Shown here: piece after piece, positions 8,733 through 17,254 of the stretch
Layout of the letters: every line of letters starts with the position of its first letter
Position numbering within the stretch: the stretch's first letter is position 1
Assembly (NCBI GenBank): GCA_022709695.1
Contig: JAKLII010000002.1
Span: forward strand, 346,955-410,954
Reading direction: 5' to 3'
Length of the DNA: 64,000 nt
Origin: Bacteroidota bacterium
Lineage (GTDB): Bacteria; Bacteroidota; Bacteroidia; Bacteroidales; SKPS01
Program-made: the position numbers and the translations under genes
Notes under the pieces: generated by a model
Database searches by the model: none
The model's input: only the letters and a program-made list of their open reading frames with translations
What the model was told of the DNA's origin: nothing

Positions 8733-10794
8733 CGAGAAAAGCAATAAAACCTTCGGTATTTTTGTCGTTTTGCCAGGTACCCGAAAGCATATTGCCTTCA
8801 TGGTCGATGATTACATAGAGCGGGGTGGCAATGGTACCAAAGCGCGTTTCCTGAATGTGCTTGTTGATACGGCCAATGGTCTTTATATCAGAGCCGTCCT
8901 TTGCCTTAATCCACTTATCCTGTGGCGCCTCTTTCCGGTCGTCGGTATAGAGGGATGCGATAATGAAGTTCTTTTTCAGCATTTCCATCACACGGGGATC
9001 AGACAGTACTGTCTGTTCCATAACCTTGCAATTAGAGCATCCATGTCCTGTAAAATCCACAAAAACAGGTTTGTTCTTCTCTTTAGCACATGCGATGGCC
9101 TCTTCCAGAACGAAATATCCCTTCATGTCTTCTTTCCACAGGTGAAGAAAATCGCTGTAGGTGGGTTCACCGCAAAGTACAACTTCATCGGTCACCGGGG
9201 CAGCCGATGTTCCTTTTGACAGATCGAGAGAGAGGGTGGACTTTGGCGGAAGTAGCGAGCTAAGTCTGGTTAGGTCGGCACCGAAGATGCCGGGGATCAG
9301 GTACACCACAAAGGAAAAGGTGGCAATCACAAGCAGCAGTCTGAAAAAGCCGATATGCTGGGTATCTGTATCATGGTGAAACTTAAACTTACCGAGCAGA
9401 TAAAGTCCCATCAGTGTAAATAATACCACCCAGATGCTAAGGTAGATATCGCGGTTGAGCAGCCCCAGGTGATAGGTCTGATCGGGGATGATCAGGAATT
9501 TCATTCCAAAGGCAAGAATTACGAATCCAAATACCACTTTTACGGCATTCATCCAGCCACCTGCTTTGGGCATCTTCTGCATGAGGGAGGGGAAAAGGGC
9601 CAGCAGGGCAAAGGGCACACCAAATCCTACCGAGAATCCAAGCATGCCGATGAAAGGTTTCAGGAGGGATGTGCCATCGGCAGCCTCCACCAGGATGGTT
9701 CCGATAAAGGCAGCTGTGCAGGAAAACGATACCAGCACCAGGGTCAATGCCATAAAAAAGGTTCCGAACAATCCGCCACGGTCGGCCTGGGAATCGGCTT
9801 TATTCACCCATTTGGAAGGGAGCACAAGTTCGAAAGCCCCGAAGAAAGATGCAGCAAACACAACAAAAACCAAGAAGAAAATGACATTGGTAACCCAGTG
9901 GGTGACAATATTGTTCATCGCCTCAGCACCGAAAATCACTGTAATCAGTAACCCGATTACAGAATAGATAAAAATGATGGAGAGACCATAAAATACCGCC
10001 AGAAATTTCCCTTTGGCCCTACCTCCGCGATAGTTCAGGAAGAAAGCAATATTCATGGGAATCATGGGAAACACACAGGGGGTAAAAATTCCTGCAATAC
10101 CAAGCAGGAGTGCTGCCAAAAAAAAGCCCAGCAGCGAAGAGTCCTTTTCTTTTCCTGCACCACCAGCATCTGCAAGGTTATCGCCCTTGGTTTGCTGATC
10201 CGCCATTTCAGATGTCCCGTTTGCATTGCCAGGGCCGGCGGCATTACCACCGATGGCAGATGCAACAGTGCCTGTATCCCCCGGGTTTGTGGCTTCACCG
10301 GTTACTTTGGCCCCTTTGATCTGGAATTCAAAGCGATCCTCAAACGGTACACAAAGGTCTTCGCAGATCTGTCCGCTGAGACTCCCTTTTATCACAAAAG
10401 GGGTTTCGGTATTCACCACAATTCGCTGGGTAAAAACGGGTTTCCCTGCAAACTGGTTGATATATACTTCAAAAATCTCGTCATAAATCCTTTCCGGCTT
10501 CGGGGAGGATTTGATTTTTCCTTTCAGGCTGAAATTTGCTTTGGAGTCATAGGCGATCTCCATTGGAAGCGGGCCTGCGCCAAATTTATACTCCTGGTAA
10601 GGACCATAGAGGTGCCAGTTTGGAGCGACATCGGCCCTGAAGATCAGGTCATACTCATTATCCGATGCCTGCTGTACCGAATAGCTCCAGCGGATGTTAT
10701 CAGCAGCGGCCTTTTTACCCGGTTGGGCGGTGATTACAAACGAATGCACGAGCATCACAACTGCCAGAAGATACCATTTTGCAGGGGTGTTCAT
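8695..10794 (-). CDS. DsbD-family thiol:disulfide interchange protein (membrane electron transporter with C-terminal thioredoxin domain)
   Basis: Has a signal peptide from ATG 10794 (MNTPAKWYLLAVVMLVHSFVITAQP), which lies 13 nt after the nadB stop. A multi-pass membrane core carries the FTPCVFPMIP motif, and a C-terminal thioredoxin fold has the GHGCSNCK active site. The ORF-track extension to 10866 would overlap nadB and was not used. Confidence 0.85.
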   Translation of the reverse strand: MNTPAKWYLLAVVMLVHSFVITAQPGKKAAADNIRWSYSVQQASDNEYDLIFRADVAPNWHLYGPYQEYKFGAGPLPMEIAYDSKANFSLKGKIKSSPKPERIYDEIFEVYINQFAGKPVFTQRIVVNTETPFVIKGSLSGQICEDLCVPFEDRFEFQIKGAKVTGEATNPGDTGTVASAIGGNAAGPGNANGTSEMADQQTKGDNLADAGGAGKEKDSSLLGFFLAALLLGIAGIFTPCVFPMIPMNIAFFLNYRGGRAKGKFLAVFYGLSIIFIYSVIGLLITVIFGAEAMNNIVTHWVTNVIFFLVFVVFAASFFGAFELVLPSKWVNKADSQADRGGLFGTFFMALTLVLVSFSCTAAFIGTILVEAADGTSLLKPFIGMLGFSVGFGVPFALLALFPSLMQKMPKAGGWMNAVKVVFGFVILAFGMKFLIIPDQTYHLGLLNRDIYLSIWVVLFTLMGLYLLGKFKFHHDTDTQHIGFFRLLLVIATFSFVVYLIPGIFGADLTRLSSLLPPKSTLSLDLSKGTSAAPVTDEVVLCGEPTYSDFLHLWKEDMKGYFVLEEAIACAKEKNKPVFVDFTGHGCSNCKVMEQTVLSDPRVMEMLKKNFIIASLYTDDRKEAPQDKWIKAKDGSDIKTIGRINKHIQETRFGTIATPLYVIIDHEGNMLSGTWQNDKNTEGFIAFLDEGFKKFRENNP

Positions 10795-10807
10795 AGGGTG
10801 TAGTGGA

Positions 10808-12397
10808 TTAATTATTAATTTGATTTTCAGTAGGTCTGGGGTAGTCAATTGAGAAATGGAGCCCACGGCTTTCTTTTCGTTCCATGGCCATTTTTATAAT
10901 GAGGTAACCAATATTGATCATATTCCTTAACTCACAGATTTCCGGAGTAAGTACAGAACGTTCGTAAAGCTCTTCTGTTTCATGGTAGAGAATTTCCAGG
11001 CGGTCGAAGGCTCTTTTCAGCCTGAGGTTTGACCGGACAATCCCGACATAGTTGCTCATGATGCTACGCAGTTCCCTGAGGCTCTGCGTGATAAGTACCA
11101 TTTCCTCGTTCAGGACAGTACCTTCCGCGTTCCAGTCGGGGATTTCGTCCCGGAATACGGTGGTTTTGATTTTGCGGACAGCATGATGGGCAGCATGATG
11201 TGAAAAGACCAAAGATTCGAGGAGGCTATTGGATGCCAGGCGGTTGGCGCCATGCAGGCCTGTCGAAGCGGACTCTCCGCTGGCATACAGATTTTCTATG
11301 GAGGTTCTGCTGTCAGTATCCACCTTGATCCCTCCGCAGAGGTAATGGGCAGCAGGCACCACCGGGATAGGTTGTTTGGTAAAGTCTATGCCTATCGAAA
11401 GGCACTTCCCGTAGATGGTGGGGAAGTGGTAAATGAGATCTGTAGCATCGAGATGGGTACAATCGAGAAATACATGGTCTTCTCCTCTGATTTTCATCTC
11501 ATTGTCAATGGCTCTTGCCACAATATCGCGTGGTGCCAGACAACCCCTTTCATCATATTTCTCCATAAACTCTTTCCCGTCGATCGTTCTGAGGAGTGCA
11601 CCGAAACCCCGTAGTGCTTCAGTAATCAGAAACGACGGAGACTCCAGGGGATTGTACAGGGAGGTGGGATGAAACTGGATAAACTCCATCTTTTCCACGG
11701 CACCCTTTGCCCGGTAGACCATAGCAATGCCATCGCCGGTAGCCACCACCGGGTTGGTGGTGGTGTTGTACGCCATACCAATACCTCCGGTGGCAATGAG
11801 GGTTGTTTTTGCCAGAATGGTCATAATCTCCCGGGATTCACGGTCGAGGACATAAGCCCCGTAACAGGTAATGTCGGGCTTGCGACGGGTAACTACTTCA
11901 CCCAGATGGTGCTGGGTAATCAGGTCGATGGCGAAATGGCGGTCGAGCATCTGGATGGAAGGGTGTTTCTGCACCTTCTCCAGCAGGGTTTCCTGAATTT
12001 CAAGACCGGTTTTATCTTTATGATGCAATACCCTGTATTCAGAATGTCCTCCTTCACGGGCAAGGTCGAACAGTCCGGTTTTCCGGTTTTTATCAAACTC
12101 AACTCCCCAGTCGACCAGTTCCCTGATCCGTTCCGGGGCTTCCATGATGGTCATGCGGACTACCTGTTCGTCATTCAGCTCGTCACCGGCGATGAGTGTA
12201 TCGCGGATGTGCTTTTCGTAGGAATCGGGATCGTACATCACGGCAGCGATACCCCCCTGGGCATACCGGGTGGCAGTTTCCAGCGGTCGATCCTTGGTAA
12301 CAATAATAACAGAGCCATGCTCGGCTACCTTGAGGGCAAAGCTGAGGCCTGCAATTCCTGACCCCAGTACCAGAAAATCAGCCTTTTTTCTATGCAT
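10808..12397 (-). CDS. nadB: L-aspartate oxidase
   Basis: 529 aa with the FAD-binding N-terminus DFLVLGSGIAGLSFA. Also carries YAQGGIAA, the succinate dehydrogenase/fumarate reductase flavoprotein-like GGIKVD, and ASGESASTGLHGANRLASNSLLE. Confidence 0.93.
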   Translation of the reverse strand: MHRKKADFLVLGSGIAGLSFALKVAEHGSVIIVTKDRPLETATRYAQGGIAAVMYDPDSYEKHIRDTLIAGDELNDEQVVRMTIMEAPERIRELVDWGVEFDKNRKTGLFDLAREGGHSEYRVLHHKDKTGLEIQETLLEKVQKHPSIQMLDRHFAIDLITQHHLGEVVTRRKPDITCYGAYVLDRESREIMTILAKTTLIATGGIGMAYNTTTNPVVATGDGIAMVYRAKGAVEKMEFIQFHPTSLYNPLESPSFLITEALRGFGALLRTIDGKEFMEKYDERGCLAPRDIVARAIDNEMKIRGEDHVFLDCTHLDATDLIYHFPTIYGKCLSIGIDFTKQPIPVVPAAHYLCGGIKVDTDSRTSIENLYASGESASTGLHGANRLASNSLLESLVFSHHAAHHAVRKIKTTVFRDEIPDWNAEGTVLNEEMVLITQSLRELRSIMSNYVGIVRSNLRLKRAFDRLEILYHETEELYERSVLTPEICELRNMINIGYLIIKMAMERKESRGLHFSIDYPRPTENQINN

Positions 12398-12416
12398 CTG
12401 CTAGCAATAAGGGGGG

Positions 12417-12446
12417 CAAAGTTACGGAAATTCAACGATATTAAAT
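12417..12446 (-). promoter_or_regulatory. Candidate Bacteroidota sigma-A promoter for nadB
   Basis: On the minus strand a TAACTTTG box matching TAnnTTTG occupies 12424-12417, about 20 nt upstream of the ATG at 12397. A weak TTTA lies 17 nt further upstream. Confidence 0.4.
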
Positions 12447-12506
12447 CCACCGAAATAGATCCATGAATTCCCGATCAGGAGGAATAGTATTTTGCAGAAG
12501 AGATTC

Positions 12507-13889
12507 TTACACCATCCTGGATGGATCCACCCACTTGTCGAAGTCTTCTTCGCTTAACAGTCCGAGTTCAAGGGCGGTTTCCTTTAGTGTTTTATGCTCC
12601 TCATGCGCTTTTTTGGCAATCTTCGCTGAGTTTTCGTATCCGATATGCGGGTTTAATGCCGTTACCAGCATCAGAGAGTTGTTGAGATTTTTCTGAATGA
12701 CCGGCAGATTGGGTTCAATGCCTGCCACGCAATGCTCTTCAAACGACATGCATACATCGGCCATATTATTGGCAGCCTGCAGAAAGTTATAGATCATCAC
12801 CGGTTTAAATACATTGAGCTGAAAATGCCCGTTGATGCCTCCGATGGTGATGGCTGCATCGTTGCCGATCACCTGAGCACAGACCATGGTGACTGCCTCG
12901 GGTTGGGTTGGGTTGACCTTTCCCGGCATGATGGAGGAACCCGGCTCATTGGCCGGAAGGATGATCTCGCCAATGCCGCAACGGGGACCGGAAGCGGTGA
13001 GACGGATGTCGTTGGCGATTTTCATCAGGCTAACTGCCAGCCTTTTCAGGGCGCCTGAGGACTCGACGATGGCGTCATGGGCAGCAAGTGCTTCGAATTT
13101 ATTACAGGCAGTTACAAAGGGGAGCCCGGTAAGTTCAGCAATTTTTTCCGCCACCTTCACATCAAAGCCTTTAGGAGCATTCAGACCCGTACCTACTGCA
13201 GTTCCTCCCAGCGCAAGCTCACTCAGGTGATAGAGGGTGTTTTTCAGGGCTTTCAACCCATGGTTCAATTGGGCAACATACGCCGAAAACTCCTGCCCCA
13301 GCGTTAAGGGTGTGGCATCCATCAGATGGGTACGACCGGTTTTGACAATGTCTTTAAATGCTTCGGACTTCTCGGCCAACCGTTCCTTCAGTCTGAATAT
13401 CGCAGGGATGGTCTTTTCAACCACCACTTTGTAGGCTGCAATATGCATAGCCGTGGGAAAGGTATCGTTCGATGACTGTGATTTGTTTACATCATCGTTG
13501 GGGTGGATCACGGTTTTTCCTTCGCCGAGCATACCGCCGTTCAGCACATGGGCACGGTTGGCAATCACTTCATTCAGGTTCATGTTGGTCTGGGTTCCGG
13601 AACCGGTTTGCCATACTACAAGAGGAAACTGGTCATCAAGCCTGCCTTCCAGAATTTCGTCGCATGCTCTGCAGATCAGGTCGCATTTTTCCTGCGGAAG
13701 GACTCCAAGATCCAGATTTGCCAAAGCAGATGCTTTTTTCAAAATCGCGAATGCTTTAATCACTTCATCCGGCATCTTTTCGTTCCCGATTTTGAAATTT
13801 TCGAATGAACGCTGGGTTTGTGCACCCCAGTATTTGTCGGCCGGCACCTCGATGATGCCCATGGTGTCACGCTCTTTTCTTGTTTTCAT
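12507..13889 (-). CDS. fumC: Class II fumarate hydratase
   Basis: 460 aa with the fumarate-lyase signature [11 protein letters not shown]. Also carries [10 protein letters not shown] and [11 protein letters not shown]. Confidence 0.96.
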   Translation of the reverse strand: MKTRKERDTMGIIEVPADKYWGAQTQRSFENFKIGNEKMPDEVIKAFAILKKASALANLDLGVLPQEKCDLICRACDEILEGRLDDQFPLVVWQTGSGTQTNMNLNEVIANRAHVLNGGMLGEGKTVIHPNDDVNKSQSSNDTFPTAMHIAAYKVVVEKTIPAIFRLKERLAEKSEAFKDIVKTGRTHLMDATPLTLGQEFSAYVAQLNHGLKALKNTLYHLSELALGGTAVGTGLNAPKGFDVKVAEKIAELTGLPFVTACNKFEALAAHDAIVESSGALKRLAVSLMKIANDIRLTASGPRCGIGEIILPANEPGSSIMPGKVNPTQPEAVTMVCAQVIGNDAAITIGGINGHFQLNVFKPVMIYNFLQAANNMADVCMSFEEHCVAGIEPNLPVIQKNLNNSLMLVTALNPHIGYENSAKIAKKAHEEHKTLKETALELGLLSEEDFDKWVDPSRMV

Positions 13890-13929
13890 GGTATTATGAT
13901 TGGTTTTGAAATCGGTACGTTGAGAATGC

Positions 13930-13937
13930 CAAAGTTA
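13930..13937 (-). promoter_or_regulatory. Candidate -7 box (TAACTTTG) upstream of fumC
   Basis: On the minus strand TAACTTTG matches TAnnTTTG about 40 nt upstream of the fumC ATG at 13889. The only TTG upstream is 11 nt away, which is poor spacing. Confidence 0.3.
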
Positions 13938-13992
13938 ACACATATTTTCAAGAATTTTACCCCTATATTCGCAGCCTGACAAACACATAATT

Positions 13993-15963
13993 ATGCATCT
14001 GGTACTAACTGACTGGCTCATCATTGGGGCATACCTGGTGGTGATGATTCTGATAACCATTATTTTAAGCCGGAGAGCAGGAAAAAGCACCGGCGAATTC
14101 TTCCTGAGCGGGAGATCTCTGCCATGGTACATTGCAGGCACTTCGATGGTGGCTACCACTTTTGCGGCCGACACCCCGCTGGCGGTTACCGAGCTGGTAG
14201 CTACCAGGGGGATTGCCGGCAACTGGTTGTGGTGGAACATGCTCGTTGGAGGTATGCTCACCGTGTTTTTCTTCGCCCGGTTGTGGCGCAGAGCAGGCAT
14301 CATGACCGACTGTGAGTTTGTGAGTATCCGGTATTCAGGCGGGGCTGCCCGGTTTCTGCGTGGCTTTAGGGCTGTATATATCGGCATTGTGATGAATATG
14401 ATTGTGATTGCCTGGGTGAACCTGGCCATGGCCAAGATCCTGGCGGTAGTATTTCCCGGGTTCACCCTGTTCGGGCATGCCTCGTTTACCCTGTGGGGCA
14501 TGGTGTTCAGTTCCCATCTGATCCTGGTGGGATTTCTTACCCTGTTTGTGGCATTCTACTCATCCCTGTCGGGGCTGTGGGGGGTTACCATTACCGATGC
14601 GGTGCAGTTCGGACTGGCGATGACCGGTTGCATCGTGCTGGCAGTGCTGGCTGTAAACCATGCCGATGTGGGAGGGGTTGCCGGGCTCAAAGCCTCATTG
14701 CCGGCAGAGGTGTTCAATTATTTTCCGGTGGTGGGAAAGGGTTCCCAGGGTGCCGGGGCATTACAACTCACGCTGCTGGCATTTATCGCTTACATTGGCG
14801 TGCAGTGGTGGGCAAGCTGGTATCCGGGTTCTGAACCGGGCGGAGGAGGATATGTAGCACAACGGATGATGTCGGCTAAAAATGAGAAGCACTCGCTGCT
14901 GGCAACCCTGTGGTTCACCATAGCCCATTATGCCCTCAGGCCATGGCCATGGATTGTGGTAGCGCTGGCCGCACTTGCCGTGATGCCCAAAGCCGCTGAT
15001 CCGGATATCCTGAAAGCCGAAAACCCTGCGTATTACGAAGTGGCTGCCAGACAATTCAGCGGTCAGCCACTTCAGGGCGCCGATGTGGTTACTGCTGCCG
15101 AACCTGCGTTTGCAGGGTATTACGACAAGTACGAAAACACGGTGGATCCAGGCAGGATGTATCCAAAACTGATGGTGAAGTATATGCCCAAGGGCTTGCT
15201 GGGGCTGCTGCTGGCAGCCTTCTTCGCGGCTTTTATGTCCACGGTAGCTTCACAGACTGTCTGGGGCACCTCTTACATCATCAACGATCTGGTGCGACCC
15301 TTTATCCGAAAAAACGGAACGGAAAAATACTATGTGCGAATCTCCAGATTTACTACCGTGCTGTTGCTGATCCTCGGTTTTATCGTTACCACACGCCTAA
15401 CCCTGATCAGCGATGCCTGGAAATTTATTCTGGCATGTAGTGGAGGAATCGGCCTGGTGCTGATCTTCAGGTGGTTCTGGTGGCGTATCAACGCCTGGTC
15501 AGAAATTTCCGCGATGCTCGCCCCCTTTATCGTCTATCCGCTGTTGTACCAACCTGCGGTGCTTGAGTTTTTCACCGGAAACACCACCCCCCTTCCCTAT
15601 GAGCTGGTGCTGATCATCATTGTGGTATGGGCCACAATCGTATGGCTGCTGGTTACCCTTTTTACCAGGCCCACCCGGGAGCAAACGCTGCTCGACTTCT
15701 ACCGTCGGGTGCATCCCGGCGGAGCCGGATGGAGGCGCATCAGCAAACAACTGCCTGAAGTTAAGGGCGATACAGGATATGGTTACTTGTTTCTCAACTG
15801 GATCGCAGGATCCGTAATGGTGCTGTTCATCCTTTTCGCCATCGGAAAATTTATCTTCGCAGAATATACCTCAGCGCTCATCTACCTGTCCATCTCCATT
15901 ATAGCTGCCATTTTCATCTATTATTCGATGAAGCGGATCGGGTGGAGCAAAGTGGTGGAATGA
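13993..15963 (+). CDS. Sodium:solute symporter (SSF) family transporter
   Basis: 656 aa and polytopic. SSF-like N-terminal helices are present (EFFLSGRSLPWYIAGTSMVATTFAADTPLAVT) along with later motifs (YVAQRMMSAKNEKHS). A roughly 90-aa soluble insertion sits in the middle. Confidence 0.8.
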   Translation: MHLVLTDWLIIGAYLVVMILITIILSRRAGKSTGEFFLSGRSLPWYIAGTSMVATTFAADTPLAVTELVATRGIAGNWLWWNMLVGGMLTVFFFARLWRRAGIMTDCEFVSIRYSGGAARFLRGFRAVYIGIVMNMIVIAWVNLAMAKILAVVFPGFTLFGHASFTLWGMVFSSHLILVGFLTLFVAFYSSLSGLWGVTITDAVQFGLAMTGCIVLAVLAVNHADVGGVAGLKASLPAEVFNYFPVVGKGSQGAGALQLTLLAFIAYIGVQWWASWYPGSEPGGGGYVAQRMMSAKNEKHSLLATLWFTIAHYALRPWPWIVVALAALAVMPKAADPDILKAENPAYYEVAARQFSGQPLQGADVVTAAEPAFAGYYDKYENTVDPGRMYPKLMVKYMPKGLLGLLLAAFFAAFMSTVASQTVWGTSYIINDLVRPFIRKNGTEKYYVRISRFTTVLLLILGFIVTTRLTLISDAWKFILACSGGIGLVLIFRWFWWRINAWSEISAMLAPFIVYPLLYQPAVLEFFTGNTTPLPYELVLIIIVVWATIVWLLVTLFTRPTREQTLLDFYRRVHPGGAGWRRISKQLPEVKGDTGYGYLFLNWIAGSVMVLFILFAIGKFIFAEYTSALIYLSISIIAAIFIYYSMKRIGWSKVVE

Positions 15964-16413
15964 TTGGCGCTCGCTGGCGCGAGGGTGTTCAAGGTTCAAC
16001 GATCAAGGATCAAAGAAATGTTCCAGATGAATAATGCTGTTGGCCGTTGGCTGTTAGCTCTTAGCATTTTAGTTATTGTAGGAACTTCAGGGCTAAAAGC
16101 AAAAAGATAAAAGCCCATTGCTACTCCAAACCTTATCTGTTATTAACCTTAGTAGCTAATGGGTTTCTGCTCACATCATCAACCTTATTACCTTATTCAT
16201 CGCCATAAGGTAATAAGGTTTTGTTTCTTCTGGTGCCTCATTCTACTAAGGTTAAAGGGGGAATAAGGTTATTAATGGCTGGTTTTCGGGGAGAATGTTT
16301 CACACCTCCGGGGCTCATTGGACATGTGCATGGTGTTTTCCCGGGTCTTACCCCGGGGTAGGGTCTATCGCCCCCTTCGACAAGCTCAGGGCATCGCCTG
16401 CGGGGCTTTTGGG
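15964..16413. repeat. 450-bp convergent spacer made of stutter repeats and hairpins
   Basis: Contains GTTCAAGGTTCAACGATCAAGGATCAAAG (15979 onward), GTTGGCCGTTGGCTGTTAGCTCTTAGC, and GCTAAAAGCAAAAAGATAAAAGC. An imperfect inverted repeat pairs AAAGCCCATTGCTACT with AGTAGCTAATGGGTTT. It also holds the hairpin at 16181-16220, the palindromic pair CCCGGG..CCCGGG (about 16340-16358), and the 15-mer CTTCGACAAGCTCAG (16375-16389). Confidence 0.7.
16181..16220 (+). terminator. Perfect AT-rich hairpin followed by a T-rich tract, a possible distal terminator of the symporter gene
   Basis: AACCTTATTACCTTA (16181-16195) pairs with TAAGGTAATAAGGTT (16206-16220) across a 10-nt loop and is followed by TTTGTTTCTTC. 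It lies 218 nt after the stop codon and the stem is AT-rich, so the function is uncertain. Confidence 0.35.
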
Positions 16414-17250
16414 TCATTTCACAACTGCGGTGTTGTAAGAAACGCCGGAGGCGTGGAAGTAGCCGAGGGCGCCGTTGTTGATGTTCCCTTTTACATTGGC
16501 GGGTGGACCAGCACCGCCCCCCTGATTCCATACCGCTTCGAGCATGAGGGTAACGAGGAAGTCGTAATAGCGCCGTGTCAGTGCACGGGTTTCTACCACA
16601 ATGGTATCCCCGGTTCCCGCTTTGATGTCATCGAAAATGGTGAGTCCCGGAAGGTAGCTGCCATTCACATAGGTATCGTCGATAAAAACCGATTTGTACA
16701 GGGTATCGCTCTGCAGTTTACCGTTAACCCACAGGTTCCATATATAGCAGTCGCCGGTGGTGGAAGGCTCCTTACCCCAACCGTTCACTTTGTAAAGCGG
16801 CGGATTGGTTGCAGGATTCTGCTTCTGGGTAACCACTGAGTCGATTACCCATGCCGGTTTCATTACCTCTGAGGCTGAGTATATCTCATCCTTGCCATCT
16901 CCATTAATATCCACCCCACGGATGGTGAGGGTGTATTCTTTACCCGGAATGCCCTTCACGGAGGGATCAGTCTGGTACACGCCGGGAGCTGTTTCGGTAA
17001 GTGGAAAAATCTGCATTCCGTCGGTGATCTCTACCAAAGCACCCGTAACAGCAGGTGGAGGAGCCGTGGTGAGATAATCGGAGGTGGCCGTCAGGGTAAC
17101 CGTATGTGGTATGGCCCGGTCGGTAATGGAGCCCTCCACCACCAGCCGTGTATAGGTTGAATCGAGTTCGAGCTCTATTTTCTCGCGGCAGGAACTCAAT
17201 ATCCCCATTATTACCATGATTATCAATATATTCAGAAATTTTCGCTGCAT
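16414..17250 (-). CDS. DUF4249-family lipoprotein, partner of the upstream TonB-dependent receptor
   Basis: 278 aa with a lipoprotein signal (ILSSC). The N-terminus ELELDSTYTRLVVEGSITD is typical of DUF4249. It lies 4 nt downstream of the CarboxypepD_reg TonB receptor, which is the usual pairing. Confidence 0.75.
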   Translation of the reverse strand: MQRKFLNILIIMVIMGILSSCREKIELELDSTYTRLVVEGSITDRAIPHTVTLTATSDYLTTAPPPAVTGALVEITDGMQIFPLTETAPGVYQTDPSVKGIPGKEYTLTIRGVDINGDGKDEIYSASEVMKPAWVIDSVVTQKQNPATNPPLYKVNGWGKEPSTTGDCYIWNLWVNGKLQSDTLYKSVFIDDTYVNGSYLPGLTIFDDIKAGTGDTIVVETRALTRRYYDFLVTLMLEAVWNQGGGAGPPANVKGNINNGALGYFHASGVSYNTAVVK

Positions 17251-17254
17251 GGTT

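Noticed and set aside
10795-10866. N-terminal extensions in the longest-ORF calls for the DsbD-family gene, and likewise for 20303-20362, 38552-38668, 46657-46677, 51110-51130 and 54724-54789.
   Set aside because: The extensions overlap neighbouring genes or precede obvious signal peptides or conserved N-termini. The internal ATGs give canonical proteins.
16238-16839. A 97-aa minus-strand ORF and a 173-aa plus-strand ORF in and next to the 15964-16413 spacer.
   Set aside because: One reads through repeat words (PELVEG, RPYPGVRPG). The other is mostly antisense to the well-supported DUF4249 gene. Neither has a plausible start context.
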